Source: an uncultured Collinsella sp. (GTDB lineage: Bacteria > Actinomycetota > Coriobacteriia > Coriobacteriales > Coriobacteriaceae). Taken from it: DNA of 64,000 nt. The translations under genes and the position numbers were made by a program. Each line of letters opens with the position of its first letter. Positions within the stretch are counted from its first letter, which is position 1. Of the stretch, positions 1 through 10,029 are shown one piece after another. The stretch is taken from contig CABSAN010000006.1 of NCBI GenBank assembly GCA_902475785.1, forward strand, positions 2,927-66,926. Reading direction: 5' to 3'. The notes under the pieces were generated by a model. The model saw only the letters and a program-made list of their open reading frames with translations. It was not told the DNA's origin and searched no databases.

Positions 1-1
1 C

Positions 2-1108
2 CCCATGGAGTTCATTACCGCGCATGGTGGCGAGGCATTGCAGGCGCGCATCGACGCCGCCGAGCCCCTCATGGACTTTGTGTACCGCTCACTGCAGGAG
101 TCGAGCGACATTACCACGCCGGGCGGTCGCGCCAAAGCGCTCGAGGATGCGCTGACGCTCATTTATCCGCTACGGGACAGCTATATGATCGACACGTACT
201 TTATCCAGATTGCCGATCTGCTGGGTTTGGACCTGGAGACCGTGCGCGCGAGTTCGGGCCGTGTGTTTCGCGATGTCGCCAAGCGTGAGGATGCGGAGCG
301 ACGTCGTGAGCAGAGCTACGAGCGTCAACGCGCGCAAGCTGAGCGCGCGGGCAGCGCGGGCGGTCGGGCGTCTGGTTTGCAGGGGACGTCTCGCGGTGCC
401 TGGGCCGCGGGTGCGACGCCAGCGGTGTCCGCATCGGTCGAGGAGGACCCGTACGACCACGTTCCGCTTGATGCCTATGGGGCCGCGCCGTTGGAGGTCG
501 ACGAGGATCTGCCGCCAATCGATGTGCCGGCGGGGATGGAAAGCGCCGTGCCTGTTGCCGATAGTTCAAGTGCGGCAGCTCCGTCGATGCCGATTGTTTT
601 GACCGATCTGGAGCGGAAATCCCTGGCGGGGGAGCGTGAGCTGCTGACCATGCTCACGAGCTACCCCGATCTGTTCCGCACATATGCCGATCGCATTTGT
701 TCTATCGAGTGGGTCGACCCGCGTCACGAGTCCATTGCGTGGGCCGTGCTGGCAACGCCGCCGGGCACCGATCCTGCTGCCTGCATGGATGCGGCGCGCG
801 CGGTGTGTCCTGAGGCGGCGTCGCTCGTCAGCGCCGGGCGCATCTCGGCAACGAGTAAGCACCCGACTGAGACGAACATCGTCTTTATGCTCGATACGCT
901 CGAGCTTTACACCATCAAACGTCGCATGCGAGCCGCGCAGGCCAAGTTGCGTCAGGACCGTTCACTCGACGATGAGGCCCGTCGCGTGCTGACGATGCAG
1001 GCGGTACAAGATTCGCAGCGCCAACGCGAGCTCCAAAAGTCGATCGGTGGCGTGGCCGACCCGTTCCGTTTGATCGGTTTGGAGACCGCAGGTGCCGATC
1101 AGGCCTAG
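2..1108 (+). CDS. dnaG: DNA primase, C-terminal part (5'-truncated by window edge)
   Basis: Frame is open from the window edge. PMEFITAHGGEALQARIDAAEPLMDF resembles the segment following the TOPRIM DPD motif of DnaG, and the ORF lies directly upstream of rpoD (classic dnaG-rpoD order). Confidence 0.75.
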   Translation, partial: PMEFITAHGGEALQARIDAAEPLMDFVYRSLQESSDITTPGGRAKALEDALTLIYPLRDSYMIDTYFIQIADLLGLDLETVRASSGRVFRDVAKREDAERRREQSYERQRAQAERAGSAGGRASGLQGTSRGAWAAGATPAVSASVEEDPYDHVPLDAYGAAPLEVDEDLPPIDVPAGMESAVPVADSSSAAAPSMPIVLTDLERKSLAGERELLTMLTSYPDLFRTYADRICSIEWVDPRHESIAWAVLATPPGTDPAACMDAARAVCPEAASLVSAGRISATSKHPTETNIVFMLDTLELYTIKRRMRAAQAKLRQDRSLDDEARRVLTMQAVQDSQRQRELQKSIGGVADPFRLIGLETAGADQA

Positions 1109-1218
1109 ATGTTGTGGTCAACCAGCGTATTCTCGCCTATATCCTGTCTTTATTTTGGGTATAGACGTCAATGTGTGTGCTAAAGTATTGAGTCCTGTGG
1201 ACTACGAAGGGAGAATCT

Positions 1219-2559
1219 GTGCCAAAAAAGACTGAGAGCACGGGTACTGGGCTGGAATCCTACGTTGCAAAGCTCATGGGCAACGGCTCAAACAGGACTT
1301 CGGTAACCGAGGACGAGATTCAGGTCGCCCTGAAGGATATCGATGTTTCTGATGAGCAGCTCAACGCGGTGTATTCCGCGCTGCGCAACAGAGGCATCCA
1401 GATTATCTCCGCGAGCGGAAACGACGACGCCCCGATGGGCGTCGACGATGACGATAACGATACCGACGATTTCGACGATGACGAGCACGATTCCGGCTCG
1501 CTTGACGATCACGAGCTTAAGATGGCCCGCCAGGCCGATGCCGAGATGGGCTCTTCCAAGAGCAAGAAGAAGCGCACCGTGCGCACGTCTCGTTCGCGTT
1601 CGCGCGTGCGCGGCATCGATGCCTCCACGGTGATGCTGACCGGCGACCCGGTTCGTATGTACCTCAAGGAGATCGGTAAGGTCGACCTGCTGACCGCGTC
1701 TGAAGAGGTCGATCTGGCCATGAAGATCGAGGCCGGTCTCGAGGCTACCGAGAAGCTCGAGGCTGCCGATGCAGGCGAGATTGAACTCACGCGCGCCGAG
1801 ATGCGTCGTCTTACGCGTATTGAGAACGTTGGTCTTGAGGCCAAGCAGGCGCTCATCAGCGCAAACCTGCGTCTGGTCGTCTCTATCGCCAAACGCTATG
1901 TCGGCCGTGGCATGCTGTTCCTGGATCTGATCCAGGAGGGCAACCTCGGTCTGATCCGCGCCGTCGAGAAGTTCGACTACCAGAAGGGCTTCAAGTTCTC
2001 CACGTACGCCACGTGGTGGATCCGTCAGGCCATTACGCGCGCTATTGCCGACCAGGCCCGTACCATTCGTATTCCCGTGCACATGGTCGAGACCATCAAC
2101 AAGCTCGTCCGCGTGCAGCGCCAGCTCCTCCAGGACCTGGGTCGCGACCCGACACCCGAGGAGATCGGTGCCGAGATGGACATGAGCGCCGACCGCGTCC
2201 GCGAGATCCAGAAGATTTCGCAGGAGCCCGTGTCGCTCGAGACCCCGATCGGCGAGGAAGAGGATTCCCAGCTAGGCGACTTCATCGAGGACTCCCAGGC
2301 TATCGTTCCGCCCGATGCCGCCAGCTTCTCCATGCTGCAGGAGCAGCTCACCCAGGTGCTCGATTCGCTTGCCGATCGCGAGCGCAAGGTTATCGAGCTG
2401 CGCTTTGGCCTTGTCGACGGACATCCCCGCACGCTCGAGGAGGTCGGTCGCGAGTTTGGCGTCACGCGCGAGCGTATCCGCCAGATCGAGTCCAAGACCC
2501 TGGCCAAGCTCCGCCACCCGAGCCGTTCCAGCAAGCTCAAGGACTACATCGAGTCTTAG
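1219..2559 (+). CDS. rpoD: Primary RNA polymerase sigma factor (sigma-70/SigA)
   Basis: [54 protein letters not shown] and [20 protein letters not shown] motifs; GTG start after AAGGGAG. Confidence 0.97.
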   Translation: MPKKTESTGTGLESYVAKLMGNGSNRTSVTEDEIQVALKDIDVSDEQLNAVYSALRNRGIQIISASGNDDAPMGVDDDDNDTDDFDDDEHDSGSLDDHELKMARQADAEMGSSKSKKKRTVRTSRSRSRVRGIDASTVMLTGDPVRMYLKEIGKVDLLTASEEVDLAMKIEAGLEATEKLEAADAGEIELTRAEMRRLTRIENVGLEAKQALISANLRLVVSIAKRYVGRGMLFLDLIQEGNLGLIRAVEKFDYQKGFKFSTYATWWIRQAITRAIADQARTIRIPVHMVETINKLVRVQRQLLQDLGRDPTPEEIGAEMDMSADRVREIQKISQEPVSLETPIGEEEDSQLGDFIEDSQAIVPPDAASFSMLQEQLTQVLDSLADRERKVIELRFGLVDGHPRTLEEVGREFGVTRERIRQIESKTLAKLRHPSRSSKLKDYIES

Positions 2560-2718
2560 TAGTTACGGCGTTTTTCCAAACGCCGTAACTGGTTGACGCT
2601 GCGCGGACACCAGAGCGACAACTTGTCATTCAAAGAGGACGGCATGACCAGAAGGTCTATGCCGTCCTCTTTTCATGTCAATTTGTTCGCTCTGGTGCCC
2701 GCTCGCTGGCATTGTCAA
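2559..2718. repeat. Structured intergenic element, copy 1 (short hairpin plus long rod; the inner stem may double as the rpoD terminator)
   Basis: 13-bp hairpin at 2561-2590, then nested stems such as caccagagcg/cgctctggtg and aagaggacggca/tgccgtcctctt; related copy at 31515-31675. Confidence 0.7.
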
Positions 2719-2800
2719 AACATCGGCGTTTCCGTTGCTGGTGCCGGCAGTTAGGCCGTCCCCAAGGGATCATGGCGAGAAAATTTCTTAAAAAAAGTTC

Positions 2801-2828
2801 TTGCCCTTCGTCCAATCGTCCGTATAAT
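2801..2828 (+). promoter_or_regulatory. Sigma-70 promoter of the tRNA-Asn pair
   Basis: TTGCCC-16 nt-TATAAT, preceded by an A/T-rich UP-like tract, about 30 nt before the first tRNA. Confidence 0.75.
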
Positions 2829-2858
2829 AAACTTCGTTGCTTGAGAGCACGTACCTAT

Positions 2859-2933
2859 TCCTCGGTAGCTCAATGGTAGAGCACGCGGCTGTTAACCGCG
2901 CTGTTGTAGGTTCGAGTCCTACCCGGGGAGCCA
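2859..2933 (+). tRNA. tRNA-Asn (GTT)
   Basis: 75-nt cloverleaf: acceptor stem TCCTCGG/CCGGGGA, anticodon loop CTGTTAA, GTTCGAGTC T-loop, encoded CCA. Confidence 0.97.
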
Positions 2934-2966
2934 GAATTTCTCAGCCCTTTCCGTTGGGCTTTAAAT

Positions 2967-3041
2967 TCCTCGGTAGCTCAATGGTAGAGCACGCGGCTGT
3001 TAACCGCGCTGTTGTAGGTTCGAGTCCTACCCGGGGAGCCA
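2967..3041 (+). tRNA. tRNA-Asn (GTT), identical second copy
   Basis: Same 75-nt sequence as 2859-2933. Confidence 0.97.
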
Positions 3042-3047
3042 GGTTGT

Positions 3048-3077
3048 AAAACCCGTCGCTTATGCGGCGGGTTTTTT
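3048..3077 (+). terminator. Rho-independent terminator after tRNAs
   Basis: aaaacccgtcgc-ttat-gcggcgggtttttt hairpin with T-tract. Confidence 0.85.
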
Positions 3078-3235
3078 CATGCCGCGATCGCCTGGCGCGA
3101 ACGTTGTCATATCAACATTTCGTGTCGAGGATGTAATCCCGTGACCCACCACCTCAACATGGCGCGGTCGTTGTAGAATAATGCAATGATTGCTCCCACG
3201 AGATGGTGCCGCGAGCACCAGATAAGGAGATTCTT

Positions 3236-3592
3236 GTGTCTGAGACCATTAACGGCAGCCTGAGCGTCTCGAACGACGTTATTGCCGATATTGCCGGTTA
3301 TGCCGCGATGACGTGCTATGGCGTCGTTGGTATGGCCGAACAGCTCCAGGGCGCCGAGAGCGTGCGCCTGCTTGCCGGCCAGCGCCTCCGCAAGGGCGTG
3401 CTTGTTTCCGCCGACGAGAACGGCCTCACGGTCGACCTTCACGTCGTGCTCGAGAACGGCGTCAACATGAAGTCCGTCTGCCACAATCTTTCGAGCTCCG
3501 TCGCCTTCACCCTGCAGGAGATCGCCCAGATCGATCCCGCCAGCCTTAAGATCGGCATTCACATCGACGCGCTCAAGAGCCGTCTGAACTAG
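3236..3592 (+). CDS. Asp23/Gls24 family envelope stress protein (YloU-like)
   Basis: GSLSVSNDVIADIAGYAAMTCYGVVGM pattern; directly upstream of the DAK2 gene; GTG start after AAGGAG. Confidence 0.85.
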   Translation: MSETINGSLSVSNDVIADIAGYAAMTCYGVVGMAEQLQGAESVRLLAGQRLRKGVLVSADENGLTVDLHVVLENGVNMKSVCHNLSSSVAFTLQEIAQIDPASLKIGIHIDALKSRLN

Positions 3593-3619
3593 CATCCGAA
3601 TACGGAGATTTCATCACTT

Positions 3620-5281
3620 ATGATTGCAAAGACCATTCGCACCTGTTTTCCGATTGCTGCGGCTGCCGTTTCCGAAAAGGCCGAGGAGATCAACAAGCTC
3701 AACGTCTTCCCCGTACCCGACGGTGACACCGGCACCAACATGTCGCTCACGCTCGCCTCGGTGACCAAGGAGCTTTCCGCCCTTCCCGCCGATGCCGACA
3801 TGGAGGCCATTGCCGGCGCTATCACCCACGGCTCCCTGATGGGCGCCCGTGGCAACTCCGGTGTCATCACCTCGCAGATCCTACGCGGCGTGGCCGAGGG
3901 CCTTGTCTCTGCCGATGAGCCCATTACATCCGCCAATATCGCCTTCGCCTTCCGTCGTGCCGTCAAGGTTGCCTTCCAGGCTGTTCGTAAGCCCATCGAG
4001 GGCACGATCCTCACGGTCCTGCGTGATGTTTCGACCAAGGCAGACGAGTGCGAGAAGAAGAAGTTCTCTGCCGAGGATGCGCTCGACGCCATCGTCGTCG
4101 AGGCCTACCAGTCCGTCGCCCGCACGCCCGACCTGCTGCCCGTCCTCAAGGAGAACGGCGTGGTCGACTCCGGCGCCTTTGGCTTTGCCATCTTCTTGGA
4201 GAACTTTGTTGCCGCTGCCCTTGGCCGCAGCACCGTGGTCGAGGATTTCTCCGCTACGTTCGATTCCGCCGGCTCTGCTCGCGATGCCGCTCTTGGCCGT
4301 GTTGAGATCGAGGCCAACGACGACTGGGAGGGCTCGGAGTTCCGCTACTGCAACGAGTTCCTCTTTAAGGCCGACGCTCCCTTTGACGAGGACGAGTGCC
4401 TTAAGTTCCTGGGTTCCATGGGCGACTGCGAGCTGCTCGTGGGTGCCTACCCCGATTACAAGATCCACGTGCACTCCAACACCCCGAACCTGGTGCTCGA
4501 GCACATGCTGCAGCTTGGTCAGATCTACGAGGTCTTTATCCACAACATGGAGATGGAGGCCCACGACCGTACCGCTAAGATCCATGAGGACCAGGAGAAG
4601 GCTGCCGAGCCCGCGAAGGCCCTTGGCTTTGTCGCCGTTGCGGCTGGTTCCGGCGAGGCCGACATCCTTAAGTCCCTCGGCGTCGACGTGATCGTGTCGG
4701 GTGGCCAAACCATGAACCCCTCGACCGCCGACCTGCTTGGCGCCGTCGACCAGGTCAACGCGACCTCGGTCATCATCCTTCCCAATAACGGCAACATCCG
4801 CATGGCTGCCGAGGCTGCCGCTTCTGCCTGCACCGACAAGAAGGTCGCCGTCGTTCCCACCAAGACTGTCCCGCAGGCGTTCTCCGCGCTGTTCGCGGTC
4901 CTGCCCGATTCCGAACTCGAGGATGCTGTTGCCGCCATGGTCGACGCCATCAGCGAGGTCCGCGATGGCGAGGTCACCCGTGCCGTGCGCGACTCCAGCG
5001 CCTCTGACGGCTCGCCGATTCACTCCGGTGACGTCATGGGCATCATCGCCGGCTCCATCGATGTGGTCGGTTCTGACGTGAAGCAGGTCACGCTCGACTG
5101 CATCAACCGCATGCAGGAGGAAGAGGAGGGCGACGCGCTGACGATTCTGGCCGGCGAGGAGCTGTCCGATGAGGCTTTCCAGGAGATCGTCGATGCCATC
5201 GAGGAGGCTCAGCCCGATCTGGAGATCGACGCCCATCGTGGCGAGCAGCCGCTCTATCCCGTGATCTTCTCGATCGAGTAG
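3620..5281 (+). CDS. DAK2 domain protein / fatty acid kinase catalytic subunit (YloV/FakA-like)
   Basis: INKLNVFPVPDGDTGTNM, GARGNSGVI and GGQTMNPST motifs. Confidence 0.92.
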   Translation: MIAKTIRTCFPIAAAAVSEKAEEINKLNVFPVPDGDTGTNMSLTLASVTKELSALPADADMEAIAGAITHGSLMGARGNSGVITSQILRGVAEGLVSADEPITSANIAFAFRRAVKVAFQAVRKPIEGTILTVLRDVSTKADECEKKKFSAEDALDAIVVEAYQSVARTPDLLPVLKENGVVDSGAFGFAIFLENFVAAALGRSTVVEDFSATFDSAGSARDAALGRVEIEANDDWEGSEFRYCNEFLFKADAPFDEDECLKFLGSMGDCELLVGAYPDYKIHVHSNTPNLVLEHMLQLGQIYEVFIHNMEMEAHDRTAKIHEDQEKAAEPAKALGFVAVAAGSGEADILKSLGVDVIVSGGQTMNPSTADLLGAVDQVNATSVIILPNNGNIRMAAEAAASACTDKKVAVVPTKTVPQAFSALFAVLPDSELEDAVAAMVDAISEVRDGEVTRAVRDSSASDGSPIHSGDVMGIIAGSIDVVGSDVKQVTLDCINRMQEEEEGDALTILAGEELSDEAFQEIVDAIEEAQPDLEIDAHRGEQPLYPVIFSIE

Positions 5282-5290
5282 GCTCTGCCC

Positions 5291-7468
5291 ATGTCCGAGC
5301 TGTGCTCCGTGCCGCGCGTCTCGGAGCGCTTTGCCCAGAGCAATGCGCTCGACGAGGATATCGCGCGACTCAAATATGTTTCGGGTAAACGTGAGGAGGC
5401 CCTTCGCCGTTTGGGAATTCGGACGGTGGGGGACCTCCTTCTCCATATTCCTCATCGCTACCTGGACTTCACTCGCTCGTGGTCCATCGAGATGGCGCCC
5501 ATCGGTACCGTGTGCACCATCATCGCCACGGTCGATCGTATTGTCCAAAAGCAGCCCCGTCCGCGTATGCAGGTGACCGAGGTCTCGCTCGTGGACGAGA
5601 CGGGCGTGCTGCAGGTTGCCTTTTTCCGTCAGCCCTGGATTGCCCAACAGCTTAAGCAGGGCGACCGCCTGGCCGTGATGGGCAAGGTCGAGTTTGCCTA
5701 CGGTTTTAAGCAGATGGCCTCGCCTCACTTTGAAAAGCTCGAGGACGGGCGCGCCGCGGGTACCATTTTGCCGGTCCACTACGTAAGTGACGGCGTGAGT
5801 CAGGCATGGATGCGCCGTATCGTGAGCGGTGCGCTCGAAGTGGTCGCCAATCCGTTCGACCCCATTCCCGCGCCGCTGCGCGCAATGCGGAAGCTCATGA
5901 GCAATGCCCGCGCGCTGCGCTCGATCCACTTTCCCTCGAGCATGGCCGAGCGCGACATCGCGCGCCGGCGTCTTGCCTATGAGGAGTGTCTCTGCTTGCA
6001 GCTCGCGCTGCGCCTGCGCAACGATGGCGGTATGGTCGACGTAGTGCCTTATGCGCATGACGCGGGTGAGCATTTTGCTGCGCTTAAACAGGCCCTGCCG
6101 TTTTCGCTGAGCGATGAGCAGGAGGCTGCATTTCAAGACATCCTGCATGATATGTGCGATGGCGGTCGCGTGATGAACCGTCTGCTGCTGGGCGACGTCG
6201 GTACCGGTAAGACCGCCGTTGCCGCCTGCGCGTTGGCGGTTGCGGCCGATAGCGGCACCCAAGCCTGCGTTATGGCGCCCACGGGCGTGCTGGCGCGTCA
6301 ATATGCCGATAAGACCGGCCCCTTGCTTTCGCAAGCTGGCATGACCTGGGCGCTCCTGACGGGCGCCACGCCGGCGGCCGAGCGTGAACAGATTCATGCA
6401 CGGCTCCAGTCTGGCGAGCTCGACGTGCTCTTTGGTACCCATGCGGTGCTTTCGGAGAACGTCACGTTCAAGCATCTGTCGCTTGTGGTGATCGACGAGC
6501 AGCACCGCTTTGGCGTGGGCCAGCGTAACGCTCTACGCGCAAAAGGCCCGGGTGCCGACTTGCTGGTCATGACTGCCACGCCGATCCCGCGCACGCTGGC
6601 GCTTTCGGTGTACGGCGATCTGGACACGAGCATCATCCGCCATCGTCCCATTCCGGGTGCCGGCGTGACGACGCGCGTTCTCACCGAGTCGAGTCGCGAC
6701 CTGGCCTATGGCGCCATTCGCGAGGCGCACGAAAAGGGGCAGCAAGCCTACGTGATCTGTCCGCTCGTGGAGCCGAGCGATTCGGCCGATGAGCTCGAAG
6801 ACGTCCCCGGCATCGCTCGCGACGACGAAGGCCGCGTGACCGTGCCCGTGCCGTTGCATGACACGGCGACCGAGCTCGATCGCCTTCGTCTGGCGCTACC
6901 GGGGCTTACCATCGAGCGTCTCCATGGCCGCATGCCGGCGGGGGAGAAGGACCGGGTCATCGATGCCTTTAAGCGTGGCGAGATCGACGTGCTCGTCTCG
7001 ACCACGGTGGTCGAGGTGGGCGTTGACGTGCCCAACGCCACCGTCATGGTCATCGAGAACGGTGAGCGCTTTGGCTTGGCGGCCCTGCACCAGCTGCGCG
7101 GCCGCGTGGGCCGCGGCAGCGTGTCGGGTACGTGCCTGGTCATGACGCATTCCAAGGGCAACGGCGGCGCGTCGGCGGCACAAGACCGGCTCCAGTCGCT
7201 CGAGAGGACCTCGGACGGCTTTACGCTCGCCCAGATGGACCTGCGTCTGCGCCACGAGGGCGAAATCCTGGGTTACCGCCAGCATGGCGGCGTGACCTTG
7301 CGCTTTGTTGACCTCGATGCCGACGAGGAATTGATCGAGTGGGCCCATTTGGACGCGGTCGACCTCTTGCGGTATGCTTGCAACCTTGACTCTGTGGCGA
7401 CGCGCCCCTTGCGCGATGCAGTCGCCACGCGGTATCGACATATCTTTAAGGAGGTCAGCGGAGGATGA
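5291..7468 (+). CDS. recG: ATP-dependent DNA helicase RecG
   Basis: RLLLGDVGTGKT, DEQHRFGVGQR, MTATPIPRTL and LHQLRGRVGRG motifs. Confidence 0.96.
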   Translation: MSELCSVPRVSERFAQSNALDEDIARLKYVSGKREEALRRLGIRTVGDLLLHIPHRYLDFTRSWSIEMAPIGTVCTIIATVDRIVQKQPRPRMQVTEVSLVDETGVLQVAFFRQPWIAQQLKQGDRLAVMGKVEFAYGFKQMASPHFEKLEDGRAAGTILPVHYVSDGVSQAWMRRIVSGALEVVANPFDPIPAPLRAMRKLMSNARALRSIHFPSSMAERDIARRRLAYEECLCLQLALRLRNDGGMVDVVPYAHDAGEHFAALKQALPFSLSDEQEAAFQDILHDMCDGGRVMNRLLLGDVGTGKTAVAACALAVAADSGTQACVMAPTGVLARQYADKTGPLLSQAGMTWALLTGATPAAEREQIHARLQSGELDVLFGTHAVLSENVTFKHLSLVVIDEQHRFGVGQRNALRAKGPGADLLVMTATPIPRTLALSVYGDLDTSIIRHRPIPGAGVTTRVLTESSRDLAYGAIREAHEKGQQAYVICPLVEPSDSADELEDVPGIARDDEGRVTVPVPLHDTATELDRLRLALPGLTIERLHGRMPAGEKDRVIDAFKRGEIDVLVSTTVVEVGVDVPNATVMVIENGERFGLAALHQLRGRVGRGSVSGTCLVMTHSKGNGGASAAQDRLQSLERTSDGFTLAQMDLRLRHEGEILGYRQHGGVTLRFVDLDADEELIEWAHLDAVDLLRYACNLDSVATRPLRDAVATRYRHIFKEVSGG

Positions 7469-8094
7469 GAATCATCGGCGGCGAATGGCGCGGTCGTAAG
7501 ATCGAGGAGCCCCGTGGTCGCGATGTCACCCGCCCCACGACCGATCGCGTGCGCGAGGCGTGCGCATCTATGGTCATGTCGGCATTCGACTTCGATCTGG
7601 ACGAGGTCCGCGTGCTGGATGCCTTTGGCGGCTCCGGAGCCTTGGGCATCGAGATGCTCTCGCGTGGTGCCCGCTCGCTCACCACGTTCGAGATCGATCG
7701 CAACGCTGCTCGTCTGATTACCAAGAATATCGAGTCGCTCTGCCGTGACCGTGCGCGTTGGCGCGTGGTGACGGGTGACGTGCTGGCAAGCGCTTCGCGC
7801 GGCCGCGTGCCGGGCGGTCCCTTTGACCTGGTCCTGCTCGACCCACCCTATGCTTTTGGTGCTGAGCCGGTCGAGGAGCTGCTGCAGAACCTAGCTCAGC
7901 AAGGCTTGCTGGTGCAGGGTGCCTACGCGCTCTTTGAGCACGCCGCGGCCGATACGGGCGCTCGTCCAGCTGGTTTTGAGACCATGCGGGAGAAGCGCTA
8001 TGGCATAACCTCGGTCGACCTGCTTCGTTGGGTTGGCAACGGCGAGGATGATGGCAACGATAGCGACGCACCCACGGAGGATGCCCATGAGTGA
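7465..8094 (+). CDS. rsmD: 16S rRNA m2G966 methyltransferase RsmD
   Basis: MRIIGGEWRGR, RPTTDRVRE, LDAFGGSGALGIE and DPPY motifs; recG-rsmD-coaD synteny. Confidence 0.93.
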   Translation: MRIIGGEWRGRKIEEPRGRDVTRPTTDRVREACASMVMSAFDFDLDEVRVLDAFGGSGALGIEMLSRGARSLTTFEIDRNAARLITKNIESLCRDRARWRVVTGDVLASASRGRVPGGPFDLVLLDPPYAFGAEPVEELLQNLAQQGLLVQGAYALFEHAAADTGARPAGFETMREKRYGITSVDLLRWVGNGEDDGNDSDAPTEDAHE

Positions 8095-8584
8095 CACCAT
8101 TAACCGCGTAATCGTCCCGGGTACCTTCGACCCCATCACGTTTGGTCATATCGACGTCATCCGCCGCGCCCGCCGCATCTTTCCCAGCGTGATCGTGGCC
8201 GTTGCCGAGTCGCAGGGCAAAAACGGCGTCGGCACCACGTTTATGCTCGACGAGCGCGTGGCTCTGGCCCGTGAAGCGCTCGGAGATATTGACGGCGTCG
8301 AGGTACTGCCCTTCACCGGTCTCTTGGTCGATTTTGCCCGCGAACAGGGAGCAGGAGCCGTGGTCAAGGGCCTGCGTGCCATGACCGACTTTGAGTACGA
8401 GCTGCAGCAGGCCGACCTCAACTACCGCCTGGATAGCGAGCTGGAGTCCATCTTTGTCATGAGTGCGCCGCAGTACGGCTATATCTCGAGCTCGGTGGTT
8501 CGCCAGATTGCCTCGCTCGGTAGCGACGTCTCTAATTTTGTTCCGTCCAATGTGGTCAAGGCGCTCAAACATCGCTTTTCGTGA
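8087..8584 (+). CDS. coaD: Phosphopantetheine adenylyltransferase
   Basis: PGTFDPITFGHIDVI, KGLRAMTDFEYE and ISSSVVRQIA motifs; start placed at the ATG after GGAGG. Confidence 0.95.
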   Translation: MSDTINRVIVPGTFDPITFGHIDVIRRARRIFPSVIVAVAESQGKNGVGTTFMLDERVALAREALGDIDGVEVLPFTGLLVDFAREQGAGAVVKGLRAMTDFEYELQQADLNYRLDSELESIFVMSAPQYGYISSSVVRQIASLGSDVSNFVPSNVVKALKHRFS

Positions 8585-8652
8585 CGTTTTTTAATGCCTG
8601 GTGGCATGTGGTAAACTTACACGATGATATGTTACCTATGAAAGGAGACCGG

Positions 8653-9150
8653 ATGCCGGGCGAGAATTTTCCTGGCGACAGGATCGTGAGTCTTGTCGAC
8701 GAGCTCGAGGGGCTCATCGAAGAGGCTAAGACGCCGTTCGGCAAGAACGCCCAGATGAAGGTTATCGACGCCGACGTCTTCTTTAACATCCTCGACGAGA
8801 TCCGCATGAGCTATCCCGAGGAATGGCAGAAGTCCCGCCGTATCCTCAAGGAGCGCGAGGAGCTTATGGCTTCCGCCGCCGCTCAGGCCGATTCCATCAT
8901 CGCCGATGCTCAGCAGCAGGCCCTCACCATTGCCGGTGAGCAGGAGATTGTCCGCTTAGCGCAGCAGCAGGCCGATGATATCCGCGACCGTGCCCAGCAG
9001 TATGAGCGCGAGACGCGCTATGCCGCCGAGGATTACGCCGAGCAGGTCTTTACGCACCTCGAGGAGAACCTCAAGAGCCTGACCGGCACCGTCACCCGTT
9101 GCCGTCAGCAACTCAACGAGGGTGCCGCCCAGCAGAATGGTCAGTGGTAA
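8653..9150 (+). CDS. Conserved coiled-coil protein (DivIVA/ATP synthase subunit b-like) between coaD and yceD
   Basis: Helical E/Q/A-rich sequence; AAAGGAG RBS; usual position after coaD. Confidence 0.7.
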   Translation: MPGENFPGDRIVSLVDELEGLIEEAKTPFGKNAQMKVIDADVFFNILDEIRMSYPEEWQKSRRILKEREELMASAAAQADSIIADAQQQALTIAGEQEIVRLAQQQADDIRDRAQQYERETRYAAEDYAEQVFTHLEENLKSLTGTVTRCRQQLNEGAAQQNGQW

Positions 9151-9704
9151 TGGCTGAGTTCCCGAGCGTTACCGTCGATCTTTCCGAGCAGCTCGAGTTT
9201 CCCGGAGACTCGTATCCGCTGACTGGCAAGGTCGATGTCGCCACCTATACGGTGGGCGAGAAGGAGTACCAGCTGCAGGACGGCATTGACTACGACGTGG
9301 TCTTTACCAATGCCGGCACCGGAGTTCTGCTTACGGGCATGGTCCGCGCGCACGCAACCGGTGAGTGCGACCGTTGCCTTGAGCCCGCTTCGTTTGATAT
9401 TGCCGGTGAGATTGAGGAATTCTATCTCTTTAACGAGCCCGAGGATCCCGAGGCCTACGAGGACGGCTACGAGTTACTGGGTGAGGATCGCATCGTCGAT
9501 CTGGGTGAGCCCATCAACGATGCCGTTGTCATGGACACGCCGTTCGTTGTCCTGTGCAAGCCCGATTGTCGCGGCCTATGCCCCACGTGCGGCATCAATC
9601 TCAACGTCGAGCAATGCGATTGCGCCGCTCAAGCAGAGGCCGAATGGGCCGCTGCCACGGAAAATCCATTTGCAGCATTGAAGAATCTCAAGCTTGACGA
9701 GTAA
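9150..9704 (+). CDS. yceD: DUF177/YceD family metal-binding protein
   Basis: ECDRCLEP and LCKPDCRGLCPTCGINLN motifs, NPFAALKNL tail; upstream of rpmF. Confidence 0.9.
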   Translation: MAEFPSVTVDLSEQLEFPGDSYPLTGKVDVATYTVGEKEYQLQDGIDYDVVFTNAGTGVLLTGMVRAHATGECDRCLEPASFDIAGEIEEFYLFNEPEDPEAYEDGYELLGEDRIVDLGEPINDAVVMDTPFVVLCKPDCRGLCPTCGINLNVEQCDCAAQAEAEWAAATENPFAALKNLKLDE

Positions 9705-9768
9705 AACTGTGGTAGTATCGCTACTTGCGCGTAATCGCCACACTGGATAGTTCATAAGGAAGGTCACT

Positions 9769-9948
9769 ATGCCCGTACCTAAACAAAAGCAGGGTCGTAT
9801 CCGTACTCACACCCGCCGTTCCGCCAACATGAAGATCTCGGCTGCGGCTCAGTCCACGTGCCCCCGTTGCGGCGCTGTTAAGCTCCCGCACCACGTGTGC
9901 CCCAGCTGCGGTTTCTACAAGGACCGCGAGGTTATCGTTACCGAGTAA
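9769..9948 (+). CDS. rpmF: 50S ribosomal protein L32 (59 aa; absent from the supplied ORF track)
   Basis: Manual translation MPVPKQKQGRIRTHTRRSANMKISAAAQSTCPRCGAVKLPHHVCPSCGFYKDREVIVTE; AAGGAAGG RBS. Confidence 0.96.
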   Translation: MPVPKQKQGRIRTHTRRSANMKISAAAQSTCPRCGAVKLPHHVCPSCGFYKDREVIVTE

Positions 9949-9988
9949 CTGTATACTCTGGATGCGATGCCGTTCCAACTGGAACCAC

Positions 9989-10018
9989 AATGGCCGGCTC
10001 AATGAGTCGGCCATTTTT
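9989..10018 (+). terminator. Terminator-like hairpin after rpmF
   Basis: aatggccggctc-aat-gagtcggccattttt. Confidence 0.7.
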
Positions 10019-10029
10019 GTATAAGGAGT

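Noticed and set aside
2859..3041. Duplicated tRNA as an attL/attR pair of an integrated element
   Set aside because: Both copies are complete, only 33 bp apart, share one promoter and terminator, and no integrase is present.
2837..3049. 70-aa ORF with an internal duplication
   Set aside because: It is a translation of the two identical tRNA-Asn genes.
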